Assembly: GCA_937888735.1 (NCBI GenBank)
Contig: CALASN010000164.1
Location: 26,643 to 90,642, forward strand
Direction of reading: 5' to 3'
Length of the DNA: 64,000 nt
From: an uncultured Bacillota bacterium
GTDB lineage: Bacteria; Bacillota; DTU084
Shown piece after piece: positions 30,001-39,371 of the stretch (position 1 is its first letter; each line of letters opens with the position of its first letter). Under the pieces are notes generated by a model that saw nothing but the letters and a program-made list of their open reading frames with translations, had not been told where the DNA came from and ran no database searches. The translations under genes were made by a program, and so were the position numbers.

Positions 30001-30223
30001 AACAGCTGATCTTCCCGGTTACTTCGGCGTGGGCAGCCCGGTGCCGCAGCCTTTTGAGCTGGATCTGGAAAAGGTAAACCGCGTCAACGCTTATCTGCTC
30101 TTGGCGTTGGGGCAAAAAGGCTTGGGCAATCTTAAAGCAGCGGAAGCCTGCGTTCAGGAATTAGTCCGGTTGGATCCTTATAACGCGACGCTTGAGATCT
30201 ATAGGAAGTTGGACGTACTATAA
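27041..30223 (+). CDS. Large (~1060-aa) cytoplasmic protein with an N-terminal beta-rich domain (DUF5107-like) followed by multiple TPR repeats.
   Basis: GAAGGAGG RBS 4 nt before ATG 27041. The C-terminal half is rich in A/L/Y TPR-like repeats (AYYLEALRRDP, AYLLGCLYYD, ALRNLAFAYY). Confidence 0.65.
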   Translation: MSVSCKKERRPILTYVPGQPNKMPYFIEGKAYQGACGRVYPIPVRDQLSDAPVEVEYDVITLANEHIEVNLLPELGGKVYGAKSKHNGYEFVYQNPVVKPALVGLAGPWVSGGIEFNWAQHHRPTTFAPVEATVQNNPDGSVTCWLGEAEPFHRLRGAVGITLYPGKSYLEAKALLYNRTDLPLPFMWWNNLAVRVNPQYKAVFPPDVEYVSDHDRRAVISFPVMRGIFETARPYDYGDGVDGTWYPNIKIPTSVMVMRGQSEMNFLGGYDFAKNAGTVTVADHYVSVGKKMWTWGDCEFGRAWCKNLTDNDDRYIELMTGVYTDNQPDFTYLMPGETKEFTQVWYPIQEIGEVANATIDGALSCRQEGRKLFLGAIATALFPNARLSVALDGKTIFEKTASVAPDRSCLAETVLPDGAEINSVRVALESAEGKELVSYVPVRRGVKKKPQARSIPPRPEEVKSVEELYLHGAHLEQYKHHTYKPEAYYLEALRRDPSDYRSNLALGRLCTEKAQFETARVYLNRAVAKLTCRNDNPADTEAVYLLGRLEKLCGNPDAAYELFQRAAWQYPWRSQAYLEIARIDCARGEKQRAIHYLRLSLETNAKLFAARTLLGYLLQDKKLLGRVLTDAPQDTFARFALYLLGGEEVAAFILHRPEDVLDVALEFKQAGLYQEAVRVLDLCQRPNLLLKFHKAALLGQPPEDATLDYCFPNRLEDLAVLAGRNDWRAAYLLGCLYYDRLNYASAADAWETSVRLHENNPYALRNLAFAYYDHLGRKQEALGLLQEALARDPQNARLLYELLQLKKNLGSTAEERLALLESHAALVCQRDDCYLSWAMLYTQTGQYEKAEQLLKTRSFHIYEGGEGMLTRHHSWLYTLMGAEAMREGNYEKAAKCFPNALAFPANYGEGKHYSAQESNVWYYAGLLNEQRHLPRQAKECYEQAVQQPPRLTEISYFTARAGEKLGQPEQAAELFRQMCAQAGERLTTADLPGYFGVGSPVPQPFELDLEKVNRVNAYLLLALGQKGLGNLKAAEACVQELVRLDPYNATLEIYRKLDVL

Positions 30224-30333
30224 CAAAGAGAGCCGTCAGCTAAAAGTTGAGCCGCGCCTTTTTCCCGGTCCGGTATTGAGGCTGCCTTTGAATGTTCCGC
30301 GGTGATTTTGCGCTCAGAAAGGAGTTAGTGAAG

Positions 30334-31449
30334 ATGGGAACGATTTGGACAAAAGAAAGGGCCTGGCAATGGTATGATAGCCGTCCCTGGCTGCGGGGAT
30401 GCAATTTTATGGGGAGCGACTGTGCCAACAGGATCGATCAATGGCAGGAGTTGGGTTTTGAGGAACGGCTGAGAACAGCCGATGCCGAGCTGGCGCTGGC
30501 TCAAAAAACGGGCTTCAATTCCATTCGGATTATTTTGGAGTTCGTCGTCTGGCAGCAGCAGCACGACGGTTTTCTGCAACGGCTGGACAGATATCTGGAA
30601 ACCGCGTGGAAACACGGCATCTCCTGTATGGTGGTGTTGGGGAACGACTGTATGCCGCCCAAAGACGAGTTTTACAAGCCCCCTCAGGTGGGAGTTCAGA
30701 CATATGATTGGGGCTACCATGGCGGGCGGAAGCATTCCCAGCATGCTCATTTTTCCGGCATGGGCTATCATCTGCTGGACGAGCCGGAACTTGCGCAGCT
30801 CCATTATGAATGGGTGCGGGAAATCATCAGTACCTTTCGGAACGACCGGCGCATCGTCATGTGGGATCTTTATAATGAGGCTGGCAATTCTAAACGCGAG
30901 GCGGCGACGCTGCCGCATTTGAAGAAATTTTTTGAAATCGCCAGGGAAGTGGATCCCATTCAGCCGCTGACCTGCTGTACGTTTCGTTGCCCCGGAGATC
31001 CCCGGCGAGAGATTCCGGCCCTCGAGCGCTTTGCGCTGGAAAACTCTGATCTCATTTCTTACCACAGCTATGCGGATTATCAGGAAAACGTCCGCGTTAT
31101 CAAACGCCTAAAGCGATTCGGCAGACCCATCGTCTGCACCGAGTGGCTGGGACGGTGCATACATAACACTGTGCAGGAGATGTTCCCGCTGTTTTATTTG
31201 GAAAAGATCGGCTGCTATAACTGGGGCTTGGTGGCGGGCAAATACCAGACTTACGAACCCTGGGAAGGTCTCTGGCAGGAGTATGAAAAGCAGCCGCAGG
31301 CGGATGTGGATTTCACCAAGTGGTTTCACGACCTGTACCGGCCGAACCTGCGACCGTACGATCCCCGGGAAATTGAACTGATCAAGCGCTTCTGCGGATA
31401 CGCGGATTACGATTTTTCATTGGAAACGGCTGGGAACAGCGACGGCTAA
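30334..31449 (+). CDS. Cytoplasmic clan GH-A TIM-barrel glycoside hydrolase (cellulase/GH5-like family).
   Basis: AAAGGAG RBS. No signal peptide. The WDLYNEAGNS region looks like an acid/base motif and the VCTEWLG region like a nucleophile motif. Confidence 0.6.
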   Translation: MGTIWTKERAWQWYDSRPWLRGCNFMGSDCANRIDQWQELGFEERLRTADAELALAQKTGFNSIRIILEFVVWQQQHDGFLQRLDRYLETAWKHGISCMVVLGNDCMPPKDEFYKPPQVGVQTYDWGYHGGRKHSQHAHFSGMGYHLLDEPELAQLHYEWVREIISTFRNDRRIVMWDLYNEAGNSKREAATLPHLKKFFEIAREVDPIQPLTCCTFRCPGDPRREIPALERFALENSDLISYHSYADYQENVRVIKRLKRFGRPIVCTEWLGRCIHNTVQEMFPLFYLEKIGCYNWGLVAGKYQTYEPWEGLWQEYEKQPQADVDFTKWFHDLYRPNLRPYDPREIELIKRFCGYADYDFSLETAGNSDG

Positions 31450-31532
31450 CTGTGAGCGTACCGACGCGGAGCTTGGTCATAGACGAGCATACAGACATCG
31501 CCAAAGAAAAAGTGATGGAAGGGGAGATGAAA

Positions 31533-32771
31533 ATGGCTGGTGAAATTATATATAAATCAGGCGACAGACAAAGGCTCAGTTATGACGTAGTGGTTGCCGG
31601 AGGAGGCCCCGCGGGAATCGCGGCCGCTTTGGAAAGCGCCCGTTCCGGCGCCAGAACCGCTTTAATCGAACGGTATGGGATTTTGGGGGGAAACCTTACT
31701 TCAGGCTTTGTCGGCCCGATTATGGGTTTGGTATCAGAGGGGACGATCGCGGATGAAATCGAACGGGCTCTGGACTTGAGGCTGGTGAAAGTCCAGAATA
31801 TGGAGCGCGCAAAATATGTTTTTGTCAGGATGTTGACGGAAGCCGGAGTGGATATTTATTATCAGACGCTGCTCGCGGGCGTCGCCGTCCGAGGCGAAAG
31901 AATTGATGCTGCCGTGGCCGTAGGAAAATGCGGGATCTTTGATTTCCATGCGGAAATGTATATCGACGCCACTGGCGATGGCGACATGGCTTACTACGCA
32001 GGCTGTCCCTATCAAATGGGGCGGGAGGGTGATAACCTCGTGCAGCCTGTTTCCCTGATGTTTACGATCTGCGGCGTAGACCCCAGCCAGACTCAGGACT
32101 TGACCTGCTGGGATGATACGGTATTGACCAGCGGAAAGAAATATCTGCAGCTGTGTAAGGACGCCTGTGCTGGCGGAGAACTACCGCCGACGGTAAATAA
32201 GGTGCGTCTTTATCTGACGCAGCTTCCGGGGGAGCGGATGGTGAACGCGACGCAGGCCAACGGGATCGATCCGTTTTCCGCGGCGGATTTGCAGAGAGCC
32301 GAGCTGGATCTGCGGACGCAAATTGAAATGGTTGTAGCATTTCTTCGCGCTCACGTTCCGGGGTTTGAAAACATATGGGTAAAGGCCGGCGCGAGCACTC
32401 TGGGCGTCCGGGAATCAAGACGCATAACTGGAGATTACATACTTCAGGATCTGGATGTGGTCACCGGTCGGAAATTCGAGGATGTGGCCGTCCACAATGT
32501 AAATTTCCCGATTGACATCCATAATCCGTCTGGCGCCGGCCAGGCGGAAACGGAGGGACTACGTCCGCATATGGCGCAGCCGTATGATATTCCGTTCTCC
32601 TGTATGCGGCCGCTGGGGATCGATAATCTTTGCACTGCCGGAAGATGCATCTCCGGTACGCATCGCGCCCACGCTTCCTACCGGGTCATGCGTGTTTGTA
32701 TGGCGATGGGACAGGCGGCCGGAGCCGTCGCCGCTGTGGCGGCCGCTCGAAAAGTCGGCGCCGTGAAGTGA
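31533..32771 (+). CDS. FAD-dependent oxidoreductase (glycan-locus-associated FAD-binding protein family).
   Basis: Rossmann motif VVVAGGGPAGIAAALESARSGARTALIERYGILGGN. Start chosen at ATG 31533 behind a GGAAGGGGAG RBS. Confidence 0.7.
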   Translation: MAGEIIYKSGDRQRLSYDVVVAGGGPAGIAAALESARSGARTALIERYGILGGNLTSGFVGPIMGLVSEGTIADEIERALDLRLVKVQNMERAKYVFVRMLTEAGVDIYYQTLLAGVAVRGERIDAAVAVGKCGIFDFHAEMYIDATGDGDMAYYAGCPYQMGREGDNLVQPVSLMFTICGVDPSQTQDLTCWDDTVLTSGKKYLQLCKDACAGGELPPTVNKVRLYLTQLPGERMVNATQANGIDPFSAADLQRAELDLRTQIEMVVAFLRAHVPGFENIWVKAGASTLGVRESRRITGDYILQDLDVVTGRKFEDVAVHNVNFPIDIHNPSGAGQAETEGLRPHMAQPYDIPFSCMRPLGIDNLCTAGRCISGTHRAHASYRVMRVCMAMGQAAGAVAAVAAARKVGAVK

Positions 32772-32869
32772 ATTACAGGGAAGTCCAGCAGCGCCTGATT
32801 CGAAATGGCGTAAAGCTTTTTGATTAATTACACTTTCGCGGTAAGGAACAGCCAGTCGGTCCTTGTAAA

Positions 32870-34383
32870 ATGCGGGTAATTTGCCAATTAAATATTCAAT
32901 CAGCTTACGTATTACGACCTAGTGAGGTATGGGCAGAGACGCTGATGTTTTTCGCTCAAGTCTGCAAAAAAGAAAGTAATTATCATGCTGTGACTGGGGC
33001 ATTCTGGGGATACCTACAAAACCAAGATCTTTTATGGAGCGGCCAGACACGGTACAAGCAGGTGATGGATTGTCCAGATCTAGATTTTTGGGCTTCACCC
33101 TATACGTATGAGAATAGGTCCTGGACAGTTCGCTTCAATGCGTTATACTGTCAAATCTCTTCAAAAGCATGGTAAGTTATGGTTTACAGAAGCAGATACA
33201 TTTATAAGCGATTCAAGTATCGGTTCCCATATACAGCATGGTTTTCCAATGACAACTAAAGAGCAGGACAAGGAACTTTTAAAACGTGATTTCATTTATC
33301 CTCTTTGCGAAGCAACACAAGCATGGTGGATCGATTGGTCATCTGGGATTTCACAGTATGAAGAAAACGCGTTTAAACCTTTAATGAGGCGTATGCAACA
33401 AATTGGGAGAGCTTCCTTAAATATGCCGCTGGGAAGTGTTTTTGAAATTGCCGCTGTAGTAGACCAAGAAAGCCTTCATACAACGCCAAATTCTCAACTT
33501 ATGGTAAACGCAATCGATCGTTTTCGGATTCATGAATTACCTTTTATCGGGACCCCAATAGATTATTATGAGACTGACGATGTTATTGACGGCTCTGAGC
33601 AAAAATATAAAATGTATATATTTTTAAATAATTATTCGATGGACGATGAAGAACGTGAAAAAATTGAAAATAACCTTTAAAAATGGCAACATACTCGTTT
33701 GGATGTACGGCGCAGGATTAATTAATCCGGATGCCAAGAAAACGGTCGGTGAAAGTAATGTTTCAGATCTTACAGGCATTAATATGAGAATAGAAATGGT
33801 TGAACAGCGTTCCCGAATAAAGGTAATGGATGGTGCGCATAACTTTTTATTGGGGATAAGAGATGGCGATGAAAGCGGCGACTTCGAAAAGATAATAAGC
33901 TGTGGATATATTAATTTCGAGTTTATTAAAGGTTTTGGCAGTTATGTGAAAACATATAAAGCCGCACCTTGTATGATAAATCCGGTAATTCATATAGATG
34001 ATCCTGACACTACAGTTTTGGGCAAATATATATCTGGCGGGCAAGCAGGCTTTGCAATCAAAGAATTTGATGCTTGGACATCAGTTTATATAGGTTCTCC
34101 CGCTGCCCAAGCAGATGTTCTTCGTGCAATTGCGAAAAAAGCCGGCGTTCATTTATTTGCCGATAAGGATGTAATCGTCTATGCGAATGAAAGCTATGGT
34201 GGACTACATACTGTAACTGATGGGCATTACATTGTTAATCTAAAGGATAATTCCGATGTTATCGAGGTATTTGACGAGCGTGACATTGCGAAAAACGTTA
34301 AAGAATTCGAAGAGTACATACCCAAAGAAACTTCCCGACTATATTGCCTACAACCTAATAAAATAAAGAATTGCCTGACTTGA
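32870..34383 (+). pseudogene. Decayed GH42-like glycoside hydrolase gene: 5'-truncated and split across three reading frames (32870..33175, 33108..33680, 33646..34383), in an AT-rich segment.
   Basis: Three overlapping ORFs in frames 2, 0 and 1 read as one protein. QKYKMYIFLNNYSM resembles the GH42 trimerisation-domain motif YKLLIAPMLYM of the intact paralog. Local GC is about 30% against about 55% in the flanks. Confidence 0.5.
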
Positions 34384-34682
34384 GAAAGTAAATGCACATC
34401 CTGGAGCGCAATAACCCTTGCAAAGGTAAGGACGCTGGCTGAACGCGACTGCCTGAGAACTTGACTTAAACAAATAGAGCCAGAACGCCTTGCGCGCTCA
34501 CAGAAGCGCGTCTCCGTATTTTTTTTTATGAAAAGGAGGTTGGGCAAGCTGCGGTCGCTTGGCAGTGTGTCCCGAGATTTAAATCTCCAAGTTGGAGTCT
34601 CTCCCCAGTTTTATCACAAAGCCTACCGCTCGCTCATAGAATAAGGATATAGTTTACGCCAAAATTTTCATCAGGAGGCGAT

Positions 34683-35204
34683 ATGATGAGCGGTTCGAGT
34701 AATATCTGCGATGTTAAAGTCAACCTGCCGTACCCTCCCGTACAGGCGGAAAGCCGCCGGGTCGAAGATGCCTATGCCATGTTGAGCAATGTGGGCAGTG
34801 GCAATTCCGAGATGACTGCGGTTAGTCTATACTTTTACAACAGCGTAATCCTGACGCCGAATTATGCTTTCTTCGCCAGGTGCTTTCATGAAATCAGCAT
34901 CGTCGAAATGCATCATCTGGATATGTTTGCCAATCTCGCTTTTCAAATGGGATTAGATCCGCGGCTATGGAGCATGGAAGGATCGAAATTATGCTACTGG
35001 ACTCCAGCGTACAATCGTTATCCCTGGATGATACGGGAAGTCATTGAAAATGCGATTAAAGGTGAAAGAGCCGCCATAGCGAAATATAGCGCACAGGCTG
35101 AAACGATTCCTGACCGGAATATTGGGGCGCTCTTAAATCGTATCATTCTCGATGAGCGACGTCACATTGAGATTTTTCATAAAATGTTGGAACAGCTGCC
35201 TTGA
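34683..35204 (+). CDS. Ferritin-like di-metal carboxylate protein (CotJC / Mn-catalase-like).
   Basis: E, ExxH, E, ExxH ligand pattern (EMTAVSLYFY, EMHHLDMF, ERAAIAKY, ERRHIEIF) in a 173-aa protein. AGGAGG RBS. Confidence 0.6.
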   Translation: MMSGSSNICDVKVNLPYPPVQAESRRVEDAYAMLSNVGSGNSEMTAVSLYFYNSVILTPNYAFFARCFHEISIVEMHHLDMFANLAFQMGLDPRLWSMEGSKLCYWTPAYNRYPWMIREVIENAIKGERAAIAKYSAQAETIPDRNIGALLNRIILDERRHIEIFHKMLEQLP

Positions 35205-35401
35205 GAGCAGGATGCCTACGGAGATCATCGTCCGAGTGAAACAGGCTAACTTTGAGCTCATCCAAGATCTGGAAATGTGAGAACCGAAACCTGAGCTTGT
35301 AATGAAGAATGTCCAACCGTAAAAGGAAAAGAGGCGCCGAGTACGATATCAAGATCTGGGATCTGGATAACTTCACCAGCTGGTTGGGAGTTGAAGAACC
35401 A

Positions 35402-35620
35402 TTACGGTGCTTGAAAATAGAAGAGACCTAAAAATACATGAAAAATGGCAGACGCATGTCCAAAACGTACGTAACCTTTGCGATATGCCCGGCGCTTAGG
35501 GTTATGTCTACCCTTTAGTCCGATCTTAGCAGTCAGTTCTTGATTCATCATCTTTTCCACCACCACGGTGATTCCAATCTCTGTGCAGAGATTAAGAAGT
35601 CCCTCCTCAGCTGAAGCCAT
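35402..35620 (-). mobile_element. IS256-family (mutator-type) transposase N-terminal fragment, a remnant.
   Basis: The translation QELTAKIGLKGRHNPKRRAYRKGY matches the IS256 ELT..LG.....R....RNGY block. The ORF is truncated after about 70 aa. Confidence 0.4.
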
Positions 35621-35761
35621 AATTGAGGGAGATTATCTGTTGCAATGGCGTATCGAGGGCGCTTCTAATTATGTCTTCTTGAGTCTGCATCAGCGCGTTG
35701 AGTTTGAGATAACTGCATTGCGGTTCATCCGTAAATTATTGTTTTCTGCACCAATAATTTT

Positions 35762-36025
35762 TACATTTAAAGTGAGGAGCTGCTATGCCCAAATTTCACG
35801 GAGAATGGGACAACTTCAGAAACGGTCCCAGCGCTACTAATTTGTGAAATTGGTCACAGACGGTTGGATATTGAAGATTCAGGGTTTAATGATCTGAAAA
35901 ACCATTGGAAGCTGGATCATGTTTACACTCATGATCTAAATGCTCTGGAACCTGAATTCCCGGTTATAACTGTTCCGGGAACGCAGGCCGCAAATAATCT
36001 GGCTAATGTACGCCATAACATATGA
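35762..36025 (+). mobile_element. IS4/Tn5-like DDE transposase C-terminal fragment, a remnant.
   Basis: RRLDIEDSGFNDLKNHWKLDH fits the YREK-region signature R(W).IE..F..LK......L(E/D). There is no start codon and no upstream catalytic region. Confidence 0.3.
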
Positions 36026-36342
36026 TATTTTCATGCTCATGGTGAAGCGAAATCCGAGAAGTAAGGAACTTAAAGAACAGCCGCTAAAGGAATTGGCAGC
36101 GATAATGTCAGTGGTCCTAACGCGCCAGAGAAAAATGAAAAAGAGAAAGGCCATTGCATAAAATTGGTAACTCTGGAGAGAACCAGTCAGTAAAAAAATC
36201 AATTTGGGAAAAGGGGGAGTTCCGTCTAAAAAATGGCTTTTATGGGCTTTTAAGCGGTTATCTCTCGTTGCTGGCGGCTCAACGTGGTCCCCCGACCTTT
36301 TGAAGAATACATTTGCGGAATCCTCGGTCAATTTTACCACTC

Positions 36343-36371
36343 TTGACCAGCTTTTTGTTGTATGGTATGAT
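36343..36371 (+). promoter_or_regulatory. SigA-type promoter for the lysA operon (TTGACC, 17-nt spacer, TATGAT).
   Basis: Read directly from the sequence. The leader is only about 35 nt, so there is no room for an L-box. Confidence 0.35.
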
Positions 36372-36404
36372 AATTATTAGCATTTTTCACGAGGGGGAAC
36401 TAAC

Positions 36405-37742
36405 GTGAGGCTATACGGGACCATGGAGGTCGGAGCTAATGGCCACCTTTACATAGGCGGCTGCGATGCTTTGGAACTGGCTGAAAACTGGGGTACGCCT
36501 CTGTATGTGATGGACGAAGCGGAGATTCGCCGCCGCGCCAGAGCGTACAAACAAGTGCTGGCTGAAAACTATCCAGAGAGCAAAGTGATTTACGCGGGAA
36601 AAACCTTTATGACCATGGCCATGTGTAGGCTCATGGAAGAGGAAGGCTTAGGTCTCGATCTGGTTTCAGACGGGGAACTGTATACGGCCCTCTCCGCCGG
36701 GTTCCCAACCGAAGACGTTTACCTGCACGGCAATAATAAATCTCCGGCCGAATTGGAATTGGCCGTCACGCGCGGCGTGGGCAGAATTGTGGTGGATAAT
36801 CTCTATGAGCTGGAATTATTGGATAAAATAGCGCAAAAACATAAGAAGAAAGTCAAGATCATCCTGCGGGTAACGCCTGGAGTGGAAGCGCATACCCATT
36901 CGTACATTCAAACCGGACAAGTAGATTCCAAGTTCGGGCTGGGAATTCACAATGGACTGGCCCAAGAAGGCGTCCGGCAGGCGCTTGAGTTGGAAGGCGT
37001 GGAGCTCGTTGGATTGCATTGCCATATTGGCTCTCAGATCTTCGAACTGGACTCTTTTGATGTGACGATTGAAGTCATGTTGGATTTTATGGCCAAACTA
37101 AAGACACAGCTGCAATGGGAGTGTCAAGAGCTCAGTTTAGGCGGCGGCCTTGGCATTCGCTACACAGATCGCGATCCAGACGTCTCAATTGAAGATTTCG
37201 GCAAGAGAATTGCCGGCAAACTGAAAACTGAGGCGCAAAAGCATGGCTTACAACTGCCGGCTTTAGTTGTGGAACCGGGTCGTTCCATTGCCGGGGAGGC
37301 GGGGACAACCCTTTACACAATTGGCTCCATCAAGGAAATCCCGGGCATCCGCAAGTATGCGGCTGTAGACGGCGGCATGGGCGATAACCCCAGGGTCGCG
37401 CTTTATCAGGCTGAATATCAGGCCTTGCTGGCCAACAGAGCAAACGAGCCGGCAACAGATACGGTCTCCATCGCCGGCAAGTGCTGTGAATCCGGAGACA
37501 TGCTGATTTGGGATTTGGCGGTTCCAGAGCCCAGAAGCGGAGATCTCTTGGCGGTATTCTGCACGGGAGCATATAATTATTCCATGTCCAGCAATTACAA
37601 CCGCCTGCCAAGGCCTGCGGTGATTTTGGTGCTGAATGGCAAAGCGGATTTGATCGTCCAGAGGGAAAGCTATGAAGATTTGATCCGCTTGGATAATGTG
37701 CCCGCGCGTCTTGCCAAGGAGAAGATGAGAATTGCCCTATAA
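36405..37742 (+). CDS. lysA: Diaminopimelate decarboxylase.
   Basis: 445-aa PLP fold-III decarboxylase. Motifs YAGKTF and the EPGR.I.G block. GTG start after GAGGGGGAA. Confidence 0.9.
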   Translation: MRLYGTMEVGANGHLYIGGCDALELAENWGTPLYVMDEAEIRRRARAYKQVLAENYPESKVIYAGKTFMTMAMCRLMEEEGLGLDLVSDGELYTALSAGFPTEDVYLHGNNKSPAELELAVTRGVGRIVVDNLYELELLDKIAQKHKKKVKIILRVTPGVEAHTHSYIQTGQVDSKFGLGIHNGLAQEGVRQALELEGVELVGLHCHIGSQIFELDSFDVTIEVMLDFMAKLKTQLQWECQELSLGGGLGIRYTDRDPDVSIEDFGKRIAGKLKTEAQKHGLQLPALVVEPGRSIAGEAGTTLYTIGSIKEIPGIRKYAAVDGGMGDNPRVALYQAEYQALLANRANEPATDTVSIAGKCCESGDMLIWDLAVPEPRSGDLLAVFCTGAYNYSMSSNYNRLPRPAVILVLNGKADLIVQRESYEDLIRLDNVPARLAKEKMRIAL

Positions 37743-37754
37743 GGGAGGCTGCTG

Positions 37755-38378
37755 ATGCTGGACTATAGTGTTCTGCGGATTTGCTTTCAGATCATGGCTT
37801 TTCTGTTTGCGATTTCCCTTCATGAATACGCTCACGGAGCCATGGCAAACCGCCTGGGTGATCCCACGGCCAGATACATGGGCAGATTGACGCTGAATCC
37901 ATTGCGGCACATCGATTTGTTCGGCGCGCTGACTTTGATCCTGACCAACTTTCGCTTTGGCTGGGCAAAACCTGTGCCCATTAATCCCAACAACTTCAAG
38001 AATCCCAGACAGGGAATGATGTATACGGGTCTGGCAGGTCCCCTGGCCAATTTGGCGGCAGCGCTTTGTTTTGCTCTGACCGTGAGGATTTTGGGGCTTG
38101 CTCCCTTGTCGGGGACTCTGCCCGGGGAGATCTTTGGCTATTTTTTATATTATAACGTTCTTTTGAACGTTGGTCTCGCCATTTTTAACTTGCTTCCCCT
38201 GCCGCCCCTGGATGGTTCCAAGATTTTGCTGGGCCTATTGCCGGCACGCTACGGGTGGCGTTTCGAACAATTTGATCAGTATGGACCGCTGATTTTATTG
38301 TTTTTGGTCTGGACGGGAGTTTTGGTCAGGATAATTAACCCACTCTATCAGGTGGTGATCCGAGTTTTACTGGGGTAG
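37755..38378 (+). CDS. Site-2 protease family (M50-like) membrane zinc metalloprotease.
   Basis: HEYAHGAMANRLGD contains the HExxH motif. NPLRHIDLFGAL is present. The 207-aa protein is multi-TM. Confidence 0.75.
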   Translation: MLDYSVLRICFQIMAFLFAISLHEYAHGAMANRLGDPTARYMGRLTLNPLRHIDLFGALTLILTNFRFGWAKPVPINPNNFKNPRQGMMYTGLAGPLANLAAALCFALTVRILGLAPLSGTLPGEIFGYFLYYNVLLNVGLAIFNLLPLPPLDGSKILLGLLPARYGWRFEQFDQYGPLILLFLVWTGVLVRIINPLYQVVIRVLLG

Positions 38379-38383
38379 GAGGA

Positions 38384-39370
38384 ATGACGGAATTGACGGT
38401 AATCGTGAGCGGAATGAGACCGACGGGCCCACTGCAGCTTGGCAACTATCTTGGAGCTTTAGATAATTGGGTCAAGCTCCAAGCTGAGAATCAGTGTTTC
38501 TTTTTCGTGGCAGATTGGCATGCCCTGACCACAGGTTATGAAAATACCGACGATCTCAGGGAAAATACCAAGATGATGATTATAGACTGGCTCAGCGCGG
38601 GCATTGATCCGGAGCGAAGCGTAATCTTCCGGCAGTCAGATTTGAAGGAACACGCGGAGCTGCACCTGCTTTTTTCCATGATCACGCCCTTGGCGTGGCT
38701 GGAGCGCTGCCCTACGTACAAAGATCAGCTGCAGCAGCTTTCGGATCGCAACATCACCACTTACGGCTTTTTAGGTTATCCGAGCCTCATGGCTGCGGAT
38801 ATCCTGATGTACAAACCGCAGTTCGTGCCCGTAGGCGAAGATCAGCTGCCCCATTTGGAATTGGCCCGCGAGATCGCCAGACGCTTCAACTTCCTGTATG
38901 GTCCCGTTTTTCCCGAACCCCAGGCTAAGATGACTCGGGTCACGCTCTTGCCAGGTTTGGACGGACGAAAGATGAGCAAAAGCTACGGCAACACGATTTC
39001 CATGAGCGGAGACCCCGCTGAGATCAAGGAAAAAGTTGCCGTCATGATCACAGATCCAGCCCGGGCGCGGCGCAGCGATCCGGGAGATCCGGAAAAATGC
39101 ACGGTTTTCACTTTTCAGAAGATCTTTGCCCGCCCTGAGGAGCTGCCACCCATTGTGGAAGGCTGCAAGACCGCCGGCATCGGCTGCGTGGATTGCAAAA
39201 AGCAGCTGATGGCTAGAATGATCGACAGGCTGGCGCCCATCTATAGCCGCAGACAGGAATTGTTAGCGCAGCCTGATTTAGTTGAGGAAATTTTAGCCAA
39301 GGGCGCGGGAGAGGCCAGGAAAGTAGCCGGCAAAACCATGGCGCAAGTACGGGAAGCGATGAAGCTATAA
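38384..39370 (+). CDS. trpS: Tryptophan--tRNA ligase.
   Basis: Class I synthetase with a degenerate HIGH region (TGPLQLGNYLGAL) and a KMSKS motif. 328 aa. Confidence 0.9.
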   Translation: MTELTVIVSGMRPTGPLQLGNYLGALDNWVKLQAENQCFFFVADWHALTTGYENTDDLRENTKMMIIDWLSAGIDPERSVIFRQSDLKEHAELHLLFSMITPLAWLERCPTYKDQLQQLSDRNITTYGFLGYPSLMAADILMYKPQFVPVGEDQLPHLELAREIARRFNFLYGPVFPEPQAKMTRVTLLPGLDGRKMSKSYGNTISMSGDPAEIKEKVAVMITDPARARRSDPGDPEKCTVFTFQKIFARPEELPPIVEGCKTAGIGCVDCKKQLMARMIDRLAPIYSRRQELLAQPDLVEEILAKGAGEARKVAGKTMAQVREAMKL

Positions 39371-39371
39371 A

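Noticed and set aside
36200-38400. L-box upstream of lysA and T-box upstream of trpS.
   Set aside because: The lysA leader is only about 35 nt after the promoter, and trpS starts 5 nt after the preceding stop. There is no room for a riboswitch-length structure, and neither a specifier-loop motif nor a T-box AGGGUGGNACCGCG motif was seen.
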